A DNA stretch of 64,000 nt from Haplodiscus bocki (GCA_965655095.1 OZ296656.1:51832001-51896000), one strand, 5' to 3'. Shown: positions 1-14,419, counted from the stretch's first letter. Translations and numbers: made by a program. The notes: a model not told the origin generated them from the sequence alone.

Positions 1-3000
1 ATTGTACCATCACAGTGAATGGGGATTGAAGTCTTCTGTTGAAAGTTAATCCTGCGAAGTACATCCGGCAAAATAGGTCGTTTGCATCTAAACATGTGGG
101 AAAAATTCGACATTCCAGGAAATACATCCATGGGCCAACTAATCCTTTAAAATACCTCTTGGTCCTTGACATACAAACTTCCAGGATGAAGGGTCAAGGA
201 ATAGGTCTTTTGAATGTTGTTACTATATAAAGTTGAGCACGCCATCAACACAACATGCTTCTTTAATAAATTTTTTCTTGCCCCCGCTGAAATCACACAA
301 GAAAAAAACGTTCCTGATTTTTTCCCATGTTGAGCACAGCAATTTTTGAAACGTTTTGTCTGGTTTTAAGCAGCTGTCAATAATGAGTGAAGGTGATTTG
401 TTTGAGCAGAAGACCAATGTTTGATTTAGAACAACAGAAGGTAGTTTTCAGTTGATTTTAAAAAAGAAAAAAAAAGATGACAGTTGCGGGAAGACGAATT
501 TTCACTAAATGAATGTTTTTGAGGCAGTTATCACTTCACACTGTTGGTGAAACAACCGCTTAATGATCAATTCCTGTGGAGTTTCAATTTAAAGAAGCGA
601 GTCTCTCAAGATCCGGCGCAGAAAAAAAAAGGATCGTGAAAAAGTGGCCTTGCCTTTTAAGTTTCCACATTATGGATAAAACAAGTAAGTTATTTACAGG
701 GCTGCAATTTCGAAGCAATGAAAAGTTGAACAACAATTGCAGAAAAAACTTGAGCCAAGAAAAAAAAACTAAATACAGAAGGACTTCGTAAACTTTCCCC
801 CAATTTTGTAAAACTTGGTTATAAAGCATCTCCGTGACTCCCAGTAGCAGTAGCACTAACAGCACGGCCTCCAAAATACTAATTACTGATCTAACGTTTG
901 CCGCTGGAACAACAGTGGAGAAATGTTGGGACAAAGATTACTATAGTTGTTAGTTATGGACCAATTCAGCTCATTGCCACAATGCTGATACCAAAATTGT
1001 ACCATCACAGTGAATGGGGATTGAAGTCTTCTGTTGAAAGTTAATCCTGCGAAGTACATCCGGCAAAATAGGTCGTTTGCATCTAAACATATGGGAAAAA
1101 TTCGACATTCCAGGAAATATATCCATGGGCCAACTAATCCTTTAAAATACCTCTTGGTCCTTGACATACAAACTTCCAGGATGAAGGGTCAAGGAATAGG
1201 TCTTTTGAATGTTGTTACTATATAAAGTTGAGCACGCCATCAACACAACATGCTTCTTTAATAAATTTTTTCTTGCCCCGCTGAAATCGCACAAGAAAAA
1301 AACGTTCCTGATTTTTTCCCATGTTGAGCACAGCAATTTTTGAAACGTTTTGTCTGGTTTTAAGCAGCTGTCAATAATGAGTGAAGGTGATTTGTTTGAG
1401 CAGAAGACCAATGTTTGATTTAGAACAACAGAAGGTAGTTTTCAGTTGATTTTAAAAAAGAAAAAAAAAGATGACAGTTGCGGGAAAACGAATTTTCACT
1501 AAATGAATGTTTTTGAGGCAGTGATCACTTCACACTGTTGGTGAAACAACCGCTTAATGATCAATTCCTGTGGAGTTTCAATTTAAAGAAGCGAGTCTCT
1601 CAAGATCCGGCGCAGAAAAAAAAAGGATCGTGAAAAAGTGGCCTTGCCTTTTAAGTTTCCACATTATGGATAAAACAAGTAAGTTATTTACAGGGCTGCA
1701 ATTTCGAAGCAATGAAAAGTTGAACAACAATTGCAGAAAAAACTTGAGCCAAGAAAAAAAAACTAAATACAGAAGGACTTCGTAAACTTTCCCCCAATTT
1801 TGTAAAACTTGGTTATAAAGCATCTCCGTGACTCCCAGTAGCAGTAGCACTAACAGCACGGCTTCCAAAATACTGATTACTGATCTATTGTTTGCCGCTG
1901 GACCAACAGTGGAGAAATGTTGGGACAAAGATTACTATAGTTGTTAGTTAAGGACCAATTCAGCTCATTGCCACAATGCTGATACCAAAATTGTACCATC
2001 ACAGTGAATGGGGATTGAAGTCTTCTGTTGAAAGTTAATCCTGCGAAGTACATCCGGCAAAATAGGTCGTTTGCATCTAAACATATGGGAAAAATTCGAC
2101 ATTCCAGGAAATATATCCATGGGCCAACTAATCCTTTAAAATACCTCTTGGTCCTTGACATACAAACTTCCAGGATGAAGGGTCAAGGAATAGGTCTTTT
2201 GAATGTTGTTACTATATAAAGTTGAGCACGCCATCAACACAACATGCTTCTTTAATAAATTTTTTCTTGCCCCGCTGAAATCGCACAAGAAAAAAACGTT
2301 CCTGATTTTTTCCCATGTTGAGCACAGCAATTTTTGAAACGTTTTGTCTGGTTTTAAGCAGCTGTCAATAATGAGTGAAGGTGATTTGTTTGAGCAGAAG
2401 ACCAATGTTTGATTTAGAACAACAGAAGGTAGTTTTCAGTTGATTTTAAGAAAGAAAAAAAAAGATGACAGTTGCGGGAAAACGAATTTTCACTAAATGA
2501 ATGTTTTTGAGGCAGTGATCACTTCACACTGTTGGTGAAACAACCGCTTAATGATCAATTCCTGTGGAGTTTCAATTTAAAGAAGCGAGTCTCTCAAGAT
2601 CCGGCGCAGAAAAAAAAGGATCGTGAAAAAGTGGCCTTGCCTTTTAAGTTTCCACATTATGGATAAAACAAGTACGTTATTTACAGGGCTGCAATTTCGA
2701 AGCAATGAAAAGTTGAACAACAATTGCAGAAAAAACTTGAGCCAAGAAAAAAAAACTAAATACAGAAGGACTTCGTAAACTTTCCCCCAATTTTGTAAAA
2801 CTTGGTTATAAAGCATCTCCGTGACTCCCAGTAGCAGTAGCACTAACAGCACGGCTTCCAAAATACTGATTACTGATCTATTGTTTGCCGCTGGAACAAC
2901 AGTGGAGAAATGTTGGGACAAAGATTACTATAGTTGTTAGTTATGGACCAATTCAGCTCATTGCCACAATGCTGATACCAAAATTGTACCATCACAGTGA

Positions 3001-3960
3001 ATGGGGATTGAAGTCTTCTGTTGAAAGTTAATCCTGCGAAGTACATCCGGCAAAATAGGTCGTTTGCATCTAAACATATGGGAAAAATTCGACATTCCAG
3101 GAAATACATCCATGGGCCAACTAATCCTTTAAAATACCTCTTGGTCCTTGACATACAAACTTCCAGGATGAAGGGTCAAGGAATAGGTCTTTTGAATGTT
3201 GTTACTATATAAAGTTGAGCACGCCATCAACACAACATGCTTCTTTAATAAATTTTTTCTTGCCCCCGCTGAAATCGCACAAGAAAAAAACGTTCCTGAT
3301 TTTTTCCCATGTTGAGCACAGCAATTTTTGAAACGTTTTGTCTGGTTTTAAGCAGCTGTCAATAATGAGTGAAGGTGATTTGTTTGAGCAGAAGACCAAT
3401 GTTTGATTTAGAACAACAGAAGGTAGTTTTCAGTTGATTTTAAAAAAGAAAAAAAAAGATGACAGTTGCGGGAAAACGAATTTTCACTAAATGAATGTTT
3501 TTGAGGCAGTGATCACTTCACACTGTTGGTGAAACAACCGCTTAATGATCAATTCCTGTGGAGTTTCAATTTAAAGAAGCGAGTCTCTCAAGATCCGGCG
3601 CAGAAAAAAAAGGATCGTGAAAAAGTGGCCTTGCCTTTTAAGTTTCCACATTATGGATAAAACAAGTACGTTATTTACAGGGCTGCAATTTCGAAGCAAT
3701 GAAAAGTTGAACAACAATTGCAGAAAAAACTTGAGCCAAGAAAAAAAAACTAAATACAGAAGGACGTCGTAAACTTTCCCCCAATTTTGTAAAACTTGGT
3801 TATAAAGCATCTCCGTGACTCCCAGTAGCAGTAGCACTAACAGCACGGCTTCCAAAATACTGATTACTGATCTATTGTTTGCCGCTGGACCAACAGTGGA
3901 GAAATGTTGGGACAAAGATTACTATAGTTGTTAGTTATGGACCAATTCAGCTCATTGCCA
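1..3960 (+). repeat. Youngest sub-block: four almost identical monomers
   Basis: These units share variants that are replaced downstream (AAAGTTAATCC, CCGGCAAAAT, AACAACCGCTT, CAAGATCCGG, AAGTTGAACAAC). They differ mainly in homopolymer length and a few SNPs. Confidence 0.9.
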
Positions 3961-4809
3961 CAATGTTGCTACCTAACTTATACCATCATAGTAAATGGGG
4001 ATTGAAGCCTTCTGTTGAAAGTTGATCCTGCGAAGTACATCCGGAAAAATAGGTCGTTTGCATCTAAACATATGAGAAAAATTCGACATTCCAGGAAACA
4101 CATCCATGGGCCAACTAATCCTTTAAAATACCTATTGGTCCTTGACATACAAACTTCCAGGATGAAGGGTCAAGGAATAGGTTGTTTGAATGATGTTACT
4201 TTATAAAGTTGAGCACGCCATCAACACAACATGCTTGTTTAATAAAATTTTTCTTGCCCCAGCTGAAATCGCGCAAGAAAAAAAACGTTCCTGATTTTTT
4301 CCCATGTTGAACACAGCAATTTTTGAAACGTTTTGTTTGGTTTTAGGCAGCTGTCAATAATGAGTGAAGGTGATTTGTTTGAGCAGAAGACCAATGTTTG
4401 ATTTAGAACAACAGAAGGTAGTTTTCAGTTGATTTTAAAAAAGAAAAAAAAGATAACAGTTGCAGCAAAACGAATTTTCACTAATTGAATGTTTTTGAGG
4501 CAGTTAGCACTTCACACTGTTGGTGAATTGATTGCTTAATGATCAATTTCTGCGGAGTTTCAATTTAAAGAAGCGAGTCTCTCAAGGTCCGGCGCAGAAA
4601 AAAAATGGATCGTGAAAAAGTGGCTTTGCCGTATAAGTTACCAACTTACAGATAAAACAAGTACACTTTTCACAGGTCTGTAATATCGAAGCAAGGAAAA
4701 GCCAAAAAACAAAGGCACAAAAACGCTGATCCAGGATATGTGACTCAATAAATTACGACTTAGGAAACTATTACTCATTTTTGGTCAAAAATGGTTATAG
4801 AGCATCTCG

Positions 4810-6010
4810 GTGACTCCCAGTACTAGTAGCACCAACAAAAGGGCTTCCGAAACAACAGAGACTTTTTGGGACAAGGATTTTTATAGTTGCTAGTTATGGA
4901 CCAATTCAGGTCATAGCCAACCCGCTGATACCAAAAAAGTACCTTCCCAGTGAACGCTGACTGAAGTCTTGTGGTGAAAACTGATCCTGCGAACTATATC
5001 AGGATAAATGGGTCGTTTGCATCTAAACAGATGGAAAAAAGTTGGACCTTCCAAGAGTTTCATCCATGGGCCAGTTATTCATATAAAAAACCTCGTGGTC
5101 CTTACAGTACAAAACTCCAGGATGAAGGGTCAAATTATGGGTCGTAAATTGGCCTTACTAGCTGACGTTGAACGCGCCACCAACACAACATGCTTCTCTA
5201 ACAATGTTTTTCTAGCCCCTGCTGAAACCGCACCGGAAAAAATCGTTTCGGATTTCCTTCCATGTAAAACATAGAAACTTCTGAAAATTTTTGTTTGGTT
5301 TTGAGCAGGTGTAATTTACGAGTGAAAGTGACTTGGTTGGTCAGAAGAACTAAAGTTTGGTTTAGAACAGCAGAAGTTCTTCTGCCGTTGATTGTAAATA
5401 AGAAAAATGGATAACAGTTGCGGAAAAACGAATTTTCAACAATTGAGTATTTTTGAGGCAGTAAACTCTTCACACTGTAGGTGAAACAATCGTCTCCTGA
5501 TTAATGCCTGCGGAATTTCAATTTGGAGAAATAAGTCTCATACGGTCAGGCCAAAAAACAAAAAAGGACCTTACAGAAGTGGCCTTGCTTTATAAGTTAC
5601 GACTTATAGAGAAAACAAGTACACTATTTGCAGCGCTGTAACATCGAAGCAACGAAAAGCTGAAAAACAAGCGCAGAAAAAACTTGAGCCAGGAAAAAAA
5701 ACTAAAAACAGAAGGGCTTTGTAAACTTTCCCCCAATTTTGTAAAACTTGGTTATAAAGCATCTCCGTGACTCCCAGTAGCAGTAGCACTAACAGCACGG
5801 CCTCCAAAAAACTGATTACTGATCTAACGTTTGCCGCTGGAACAACAGAAGAGAATTGTTTCGACAAAGAATACTAAAGTTGTTATTTATGCAGCAATTC
5901 AGGTAATTGCTACAAGAATGATATCAAAATTGTACCAACCCAGCTAATGAGGACTGAATTGTTCCGTTGAAATATGATCTTACGAAGTACATCCAGAAAA
6001 AAAAGTCGTT
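4810..6010 (+). repeat. Divergent (older-type) monomer embedded in domain 1, copy 1
   Basis: Matches ~10734-11970 at an offset of ~5957-5959 (ORF pairs 5008/10965, 5604/11563, 5967/11926) and is unlike its immediate neighbours. Confidence 0.9.
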
Positions 6011-9000
6011 TGCATCTAAACATATAGGAAAAATTCGACATTCCAGGAAATACATCCATGGGCCAACTAATCCTTTAAAATACCTCTTGGTCCTTGACAT
6101 ACAAACTTCCAGGATGAAGGGTCAAGGAATAGGTTGTTTGAATGATGTTACTTTATAAAGTTGAGCACGCCATCAACACAACATGCTTGTTTAATAAAAT
6201 TTTTCTTGCCCCAGCTGAAATCGCGCAAGAAAAAAAACGTTCCTGATTTTTTCCCATGTTGAACACAGCAATTTTTGAAACGTTTTGTTTGGTTTTAGGC
6301 AGCTGTCAATAATGAGTGAAGGTGATTTCTTTGAGCAGAAGACCAAGGTTTGATTTAGAACAACAGAAGGTAGTTTTCAGTTGACTTTAAAAAAGAAAAA
6401 CAAAAAGATGACAGTTGCGGGAAAACGAATTTTCACTAATTGAATGTTTTTGAGGCAGTGAGCACTTCACACTGTTGGTAAAACAATCGCTTAATGATCA
6501 ATTCCTGCGGAGTTTCAATTTAAAGAAGCGAGTCTCTCAAGGTCCGGCGCAGAAAAAAAATGGATTGTGAAAAAGTGGCCTTGCCTTATAAGTTTCCACC
6601 TTATGGATAAAACAAGTACGTTATTTACAGGGCTGCAATTTCGAAGCAATGAAAAGCTGAAAAACAATTGCAGAAAGAACTTGAGCCATGGAAAAAAAAC
6701 TAAATACAGAAGGGCTTCGTAAAATTTCCCCCAATTTTGTAAAACTTGGTTATAAAGCATCTCCGTGACTCCCAGTAGCAGTAGCACTAACAGCACGGCC
6801 TCCAAAATACTAATTACTGATCTAACGTTTGCCGCTGGAACAACAGTGGAGAAATGTTGGGACAAAGATTACTATAGTTGTTAGTTATGGACCAATTCAG
6901 CTCATTGCCACAATGCTGATACCAAAATTGTACCATCACAGTGAATGGGGATTGAAGTCTTCTGTTGAAAGTTGATCCTGCGAAGTACATCCGGAAAAAT
7001 GGGTCGTTTGCATCTAAACGTATGGGAAAAGTTCGACATTCCAGGAAATACATCCATGAGCCAACTAATCCTTTAAAATACTTCTTGGTCCTTGGCATAC
7101 AAACTTCCAGGATGAAGGGTCAAGGAATAGGTTGTTTGAATGTTGTTACTATATAAAGTTGAGCACGGCATCAACACAACATGCTTCTTTAATAAATTTT
7201 TTCTTGCCCCCGCTGAAATCGCACAAGAAAAAAGTTCTCGATTTCTTTCCAATTTGAACACAGCAATTTCTGAAACGCTTTGTCAGGTTTTAAGCAGCTG
7301 TCAATAATGAGTGAAGGTCATTTGTTTGAACAGAAGACCAATGTTTGATTCAGAACAACAGAAGGTAGTTTTCAGTTGATTTTAAAAAAGAAAAAAAAGA
7401 TAACAGTAGCAGGAAAACGAATTTTGAATAATTGAATGTTTTGAGGCAGTTAGCACCTCACACTGTTGGAGAAACAATCGCTTAATGATCAATTCCTGCG
7501 GAGTTTCAATTTAAAGAAGCGAGTCTCTCAAGGTCCGGCGCAGAAAAAAAATGGATCGTGAAGAAGTGGCCTTGCCTTATAAGTTTCCACCTTATGGATA
7601 AAACAAGTACGTTATTTACAGGGCTGCAATTTCGAAGCAATGAAAAGCTGAAAAACAATTGCAGAAAGAACTTGAGCCATGGAAAAAAAACTAAATACAG
7701 AAGGGCTTCGTAAACTTTCCCCCAATTTTGTAAAACTTGGTTATAAAGCATCTCCGTGACTCCCAGTAGCAGTAGCACTAACAGCACGGCTTCCAAAATA
7801 CTGATTACTGATCTATTGTTTGCCGCTGGACCAACAGTGGAGAAATGTTGGGACAAAGATTACTATAGTTGTTAGTTATGGACCGATTCAGCTGATTGCC
7901 ACAATGCTGATACCAAAATTGTACAATCACAGTGATTGGGGATTGAAGTCTTCTGTTGAAAGTTGATCCTGCGAAGTACATCCTGAAAAATTGGTCGTTT
8001 GCATCTAAACATATGGGAAAAATTCGACATTCCAGGAAAAACATCCATGGGCCAACTAATCCTTTAAAATACCTCTTGGTCCTTGACATACAAACTTCCA
8101 GGATGAAGGGTCAAGGAATAGGTCGTTTGAATGTTGTTACTATATAAAGTTGAGCACGCCATCAACACAACATGCTTCTATAATAATATTTTCTTGCCCC
8201 GCTGAAATCGCACAAGAAAAAAGACGTTCCTGATTTTTTCCCATGTTGAACACAGCAATTTTTGAAACGTTTTGTCAGGTTTTAAGCAGCTGTCAAAAAT
8301 GAGTGAAAGTGATTTGTTTGAGCAGAAGACCAATGTTTGATTTAAAACAACCAAAGGCAGTTTTCAGTTGATTTTAAAAAAGAAAAGAGAGTTGACAGTT
8401 GCGGGAAAACGAATTTTCACTAATTGAATGTTTTTGAGGCAGTGAGCAATTCACACTGTTGGTGAAACAATCGCTTAATGATCAATTCCTGCGGAGTTTC
8501 AGTTTAAAGAAGCGAGTCTCTCAAGGTCAGGCGCAGAAAAAAAGGATCGTTAAAAAGTGGCCTTGACTTAAAAGTTTCCACCTTATGGATAAAACAAGTA
8601 CGTTAATTACAAGGCTGCAATTTGCGAAGCAATGAAAAGCTGAAAAACAATTGCAGAAAAAATTTGAGCCATGAAAAAAAACTAAATACAGAAGGGCTTC
8701 GTAAAATTTCCCCCAATTTTGTAAAACTTGGTTATAAAGCATCTCCGTGACTCCCAGTAGCAGTAGCACTAACAGCACGGCCTCCAAAATACTAATTACT
8801 GATCTAACGTTTGCCGCTGGAACAACAGTGGAGAAATGTTGGGACAAAGATTACTATAGTTGTTAGTTATGGACCAATTCAGCTCATTGCCACAATGCTG
8901 ATACCAAAATTGTACCATCACAGTGAATGGGGATTGAAGTCTTCTGTTGAAGGTTGATCCTGCGAAGTACATCCGGAAAAATAGGTCGTTTGCATCTAAA

Positions 9001-10733
9001 CATATGAGAAAAATTCGACATTCCAGGAAACACATCCATGGGCCAACTAATCCTTTAAAATACCTATTGGTCCTTGACATACAAATTTCCAGGATGAAGG
9101 GTCAAGGAATAGGTCGTTTGAATGTTGTTACTATATAAAGTTGAGCACGCCATCAACACAACATGCTTCTATAATAATATTTTCTTGCCCCGCTGAAATC
9201 GCACAAGAAAAAAGACGTTCCTGATTTTTTCCCATGTTGAACACAGCAATTTTTGAAACGTTTTGTCAGGTTTTAAGCAGCTGTCAATAATGAGTGAAGA
9301 TGATTTGTTTGAGCGGAAGACCAATGTTTGATTTAGAACAACGGAAGGTAGTTTTCAGTTGATTTTAAAAAAGAAAAAAAAGTTGACAGTTGCGGGAAAA
9401 CGAATTTTCATTAATTGAATGTTTTTGAGGCAGTTAGCACTTCACACTGTTGGTGAAACAATCGCTTAATGATCAATCCCTGCGGAGTTTCAATTTAAAG
9501 AAGCGAGTCTCTCAAGGTCCGGCGCAGAAAAAAAAATGGATCGTGAAAAAGTGGCCTTGCCTTATAAGTTTCCACCATATGGATAAAACAAGTACGTTAA
9601 TTACAGGGCTGCAAATTCGAAGCAATGAAAAGCTGAAAAACAATTGCAGAAAAAATTTGAGCCATGAAAAAAAACTAAATACAGAAGGGCTTCGTAAAAT
9701 TTCCCCCAATTTTGTAAAACTTGGTTATAAAGCATCTCCGTGACTCCCAGTAGCAGTAGCACTAACAGCACGGCCTCCAAAATACTAATTACTGATCTAA
9801 CGTTTGCCGCTGGAACAACAGTGGAGAAATGTTGGGACAAAGATTACTATAGTTGTTAGTTATGGACCAATTCAGCTCATTGCCACAATGCTGATACCAA
9901 AATTGTACCATCACAGTGAATGGGGATTGAAGTCTTCTGTTGAAGGTTGATCCTGCGAAGTACATCCGGAAAAATAGGTCGTTTGCATCTAAACATATGA
10001 GAAAAATTCGACATTCCAGGAAACACATCCATGGGCCAACTAATCCTTTAAAATACCTATTGGTCCTTGACATACAAATTTCCAGGATGAGGGGTCAAGG
10101 AATAGGTCGTTTGAATGTTGTTACTATATAAAGTTGAGCACGCCATCAACACAACATGCTTCTATAATAATATTTTCTTGCCCCGCTGAAATCGCACAAA
10201 AAAAAGACGTTCCTGATTTTTTCCCATGTTGAACACAGCAATTTTTGAAACGTTTTGTCAGGTTTTAAGCAGCTGTCAATAATGAGTGAAGATGATTTGT
10301 TTGAGCGGAAGACCAATGTTTGATTTAGAACAACGGAAGGTAGTTTTCAGTTGATTTTAAAAAAGAAAAAAAAAGTTGACAGTTGCGGGAAAACGAATTT
10401 TCATTAATTGAATGTTTTTGAGGCAGTTAGCACTTCACACTGTTGGTGAAACAATCGCTTAATGATCAATCCCTGCGGAGTTTCAATTTAAAGAAGCGAG
10501 TCTCTCAAGGTCCGGCGCAGAAAAAAAAATGGATCGTGAAAAAGTGGCCTTGCCTTATAAGTTTCCACCATATGGATAAAACAAGTACGTTAATTACAGG
10601 GCTGCAAATTCGAAGCAATGAAAAGCTGAAAAACAATTGCAGAAAAAACTTGAGCCATGAAAAAAAAACTAAATATAGAAGGGCTTCGTAAACTTTCCCC
10701 CAATTTTGTAAAACTTCGTTATAGAGCATCTAG

Positions 10734-11970
10734 GTGACTCCCAGTACCAGTAGCACCAACATAAGGGCTTCCGAAATACTGATCTTTGATCTATCATCTG
10801 CCACAGAGACAACAGAGACTTTTTGGGACAAGGGTTTTTAAAGTTGCTAGTTATGGACCAATTCAGGTCCCAGCCAACCCGCTGATACCAAAACAGTACC
10901 TTCCCAGTGAATGGTGACTGAAGTGTAGTGGTAAAAACTGATCCTGCGAACTGTATCCGGTTAAATGGGTCGTTTGCATCTAAACAGATGGAAAAAATTT
11001 GGACCTTCCAAGAGTTTCATCCATGGGCCAGTTATTCATATAAAAAACCTCGTGGTCCTTACAGTACAAAACTCCGGGATGAAGGGTCAAATTATGGGTC
11101 GTAAATTGTCCTTACTAACTGACGTTGACCGCGCCACCAACACAACATGTTTCTCTAACAATGTTTTTCTAGCCCCTGCTGAAACCGCACCGGAAAAAAA
11201 TCGTTTCGGATTTCCTTCCATGTAAAACATAGAAACTTCTGAAAATTTTTTGTTTGGTTTTGAGCAGGTGTAATTTAGGAGTGAAAGTGACTTGGTTGGT
11301 CAGAAGAGCTAAAGTTTGGTTTGGAACAGCAGAAGTTCTTCTGACGTTGATTGTATATAAGAAAAATGGATAACAGTTGCGGAAAAACGAATTTTCAACA
11401 ATTGAGTATTTTTGAGGCAGTAAGCTCTTCATACTGTAGGTGAAACAATCGTCTCCTGATTAATGCCTGCGGAATATCAATTTGGAGAAATGAGTCTCAT
11501 ACGGTCAGGCCAAAAAACAAAAATGGACCTTACAGAAGTGGCCTTGCTTTATAAGTTACGACTTATAGAGAAAACAAGTACACTATTTGCAGCGCTGTAA
11601 CATCGAAGCAACGAAAAGCTGAAAAACAAGCGCAGAAAAAACTTGAGCCAGGAAAAAAAACTAAAAACAGAAGGGCTTTGTAAACTTTCCCCCAATTTTG
11701 TAAAACTTGGTTATAAAGCATCTCCGTGACTCCCAGTAGCAGTAGCACTAACAGCACGGCCTCCAAAAAACTGATTACTGATCTAACGTTTGCCGCTGGA
11801 ACAACAGAAGAGAATTGTTTCGACAAAGATTACTAAAGTTGTTATTTATGCAGCAATTCAGGTAATTGCTACAAAAATGATATCAAAATTGTACCAACCC
11901 AGCTAATGAGGACTGAATTGTTCCGTTGAAATATTATCTTACGAAGTACATCCAGAAAAAAAAGTCGTTT
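10734..11970 (+). repeat. Divergent (older-type) monomer embedded in domain 1, copy 2
   Basis: Same variant as 4810-6010, but it retains ~33 bp (TACTGATCTTTGATCTATCATCTGCCACAGAGA) that is missing from copy 1 at ~4852. Confidence 0.9.
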
Positions 11971-13716
11971 GCATCTGAACATATAGGAAAAATTCGACAT
12001 TCCAGGAAATATATCAATGGGCCAACTAATCCTTTAAAATACCTCTTGGTCCTTGACATACAAACTTCCAGGAAGAAGGGTCAAGGAATAGGTCGTTTGA
12101 ATGTTGTTACTATATAAAGTTGAGCACGCCATCAACACAACATGCTTCTTTAATAAATTTTTCCTTGCCCCCGCTGAAATCGCACAAGAAAAAAGACGTT
12201 CCTGATTTTTTCCCATGTTGAACACAGCAATTTTTGAAACGTTTTGTCTGGTTTTAAGCAGCTGTCAATAATGAGTGAAGGTGATTTGTTTGAGCGGAAG
12301 ACCAATGTTTGATTTAGAACAACGGAAGGTAGTTTTCAGTTGATTTTAAAAAAGAAAAAAAAAGTTGACAGTTGCGGGAAAACGAATTTTCACTAATTGA
12401 ATGTTTTTTGAGGCAGTTAGCACTTCACACTGTTGGTGAAACAATCGCTTAATGATCAATCCCTGCGGAGTTTCAATTTAAAGAAGCGAGTCTCTCAAGG
12501 TCCGGCGCAGAAAAAAAAATGGATCGTGAAAAAGTGGCCTTGCCTTATAAGTTTCCACCATATGGATAAAACAAGTACGTTAATTACAGGGCTGCAATTT
12601 CGAAGCAATGAAATCTGAAAAACTATTGCAGAAAAAACTTGAGCCATGAAAAAAACTAAATACAGAAGGGCTTCGTAAACTTTCCCCCAATTTTGTAAAA
12701 CTTGGTTATAAAGCATCTCCGTGCTTCCTAGTAGCATTAGCACTAACAGCATGGCCTCCAAAATACTGACTACTGATCTAGCGTTTGCCGCTGGAACAAC
12801 AGTGGAGAAATGTTGGGACAAAGATTACTATAGTTGTTAGTTATGGACCAATTCAGCTGATTGCCACAATGCTGATACCAAAATTGTACCATCACAGTGA
12901 TTGGGGATTGAAGTCTTCTGTTGAAAGTTGATCCTGCGAAGTACATCCTGAAAAATTGGTCGTTTGCATCTAAACATATGGGAAAAATTCGACATTCCAG
13001 GAAATACATCCATGGGCCAACTAATCCTTTAAAATACCTCTTGGTCCTTGACATACAAACTTCCAGGATGAAGGGTCAAGGAATAGGTCGTTTGAATGTT
13101 GTTACTATATAAAGTTGAGCACGCCATCAACACAACATGCTTCTTTTATAAATTTTTTCTTGCCCTCGCTGAAATCGCACAAGAAAAAAACGTTCTTGAT
13201 TTTTTCCCATGTTGAGCACAGCAATTTTTGAAACGTTTTGTCTGATTTTAAGCAGCTGTCAATATTGAGTGAAGGTGATTTGTTTGAGCAGAAGACCAAT
13301 GTTTGATTTAGAACAACAGAAGGTAGTTTTCAGTTGATTTTAAAAAAGAAAAAAAAAAGATAACAGTTGCAGGAAAACGAATTTTCACTAATTGAATGTT
13401 TTTGAGGCAGTTAGCACTTCACACTGTTGGTGAAACAATCGCTTAATGATCAATTCCTGCGGAGTTTCATTTTAAAGAAGCGAGTCTCTCAAGGTCCGGC
13501 GCAGAAAAAAAATGGATTGTGAAAAAGTGGCCTTGCCTTATAAGTTTCCACCTTATGGATAAAACAAGTACGTTATTTACAGGGCTGCAATTTCGAAGCA
13601 ATGAAAAGCTGAAAAACAATTGCAGAAAGAACTTGAGCCATGGAAAAAAAACTAAATACAGAAGGGCTTCGTAAACTTTCCCCCAATTTTGTAAAACTTG
13701 GTTATAAAGCATCTCC

Positions 13717-14419
13717 GTGACTCCCAGTAGCAGTAGCACTAACAGTACGGCCTCCAAAATACTGAATACTGATCTAACGTTTGCCGCTGGAACAACAGTG
13801 GAGAAATGTTGGGACAAAGATTACTATAGTTTTTAGTTGTGGACCAATTCAGCTCATTGCCACAATGCTGATACCAAAATTGTACCATCACAGTGAATGG
13901 GGATTGAAGTGTTCTGTTGAATGTTGATCCTGCGAAGTACATCCAAAAAAAACCAAACGTTTGCATCTATGCAGATCGGAAAAAATGACGTTCCAGGATT
14001 TACATCCGTGGGCCAATTAATCAATTAAAAGACCTTTTCTTCCTCAAATTACAAAATGGATAGATAGCAGCTAAGGAAAAGCGATTTTGCATCAATTGAT
14101 TGTTTTTGAGCCAGATAGCTCTTCACACTGCAAGTGAAACATATGTTTGCTGATCAATGCCTGCGTAGTTTCAACTTAGAGAAGCGAGCCTCTCACGGTC
14201 AGGCAAAGAACGAAAAATGGATCGTAAAAAAGTGGCCCTGTCGTATAAGTTACCACCTGATAGATAAAACTGGTACGCTTTTTACAGGGTTGTATTACCG
14301 AAACATTGAAAAGCTGAAAAGCAAACGCAGAAAAACCATGAGTATGGAAAAATACTAAATCTGCTACGACTCAGTGAACTTCTCCCCATTTTTGTCAAAC
14401 TTGGTTACAGAGCACCTCA
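13717..14419 (+). repeat. Truncated 703-bp monomer (~290-bp internal deletion) at the domain boundary
   Basis: Anchors at 13717 and 14420. At ~14057 the sequence jumps from ...TTACAAAAT to GGATAGATAGCAG..., skipping the GATCTTCCCAG to GAGTGAAGGTG region. Confidence 0.9.

Larger units (their letters stand above)
1..13960 (+). repeat. Homogeneous subfamily domain 1 (~991-998 bp monomers)
   Basis: Anchor spacings are 994, 993, 994, 995, 957, 998, 991, 991, 993, 994, 992, 995, 996. Near-identical ORF translations occur at 39/1034/2028/3021 etc. Diagnostic motifs: GGTCAAGGAATAGG and GGATCGTGAAAAAGTGGCCTTGCC. Confidence 0.95.

Noticed and set aside
790-830. Spliced-leader, snRNA or 5S rRNA tandem gene (Sm-like AATTTTGT, ~1-kb period)
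   Set aside because: No match to the 5S, U-snRNA or SL sequences I know, and no conserved splice donor at a suitable distance. An Rfam cmscan would be decisive.
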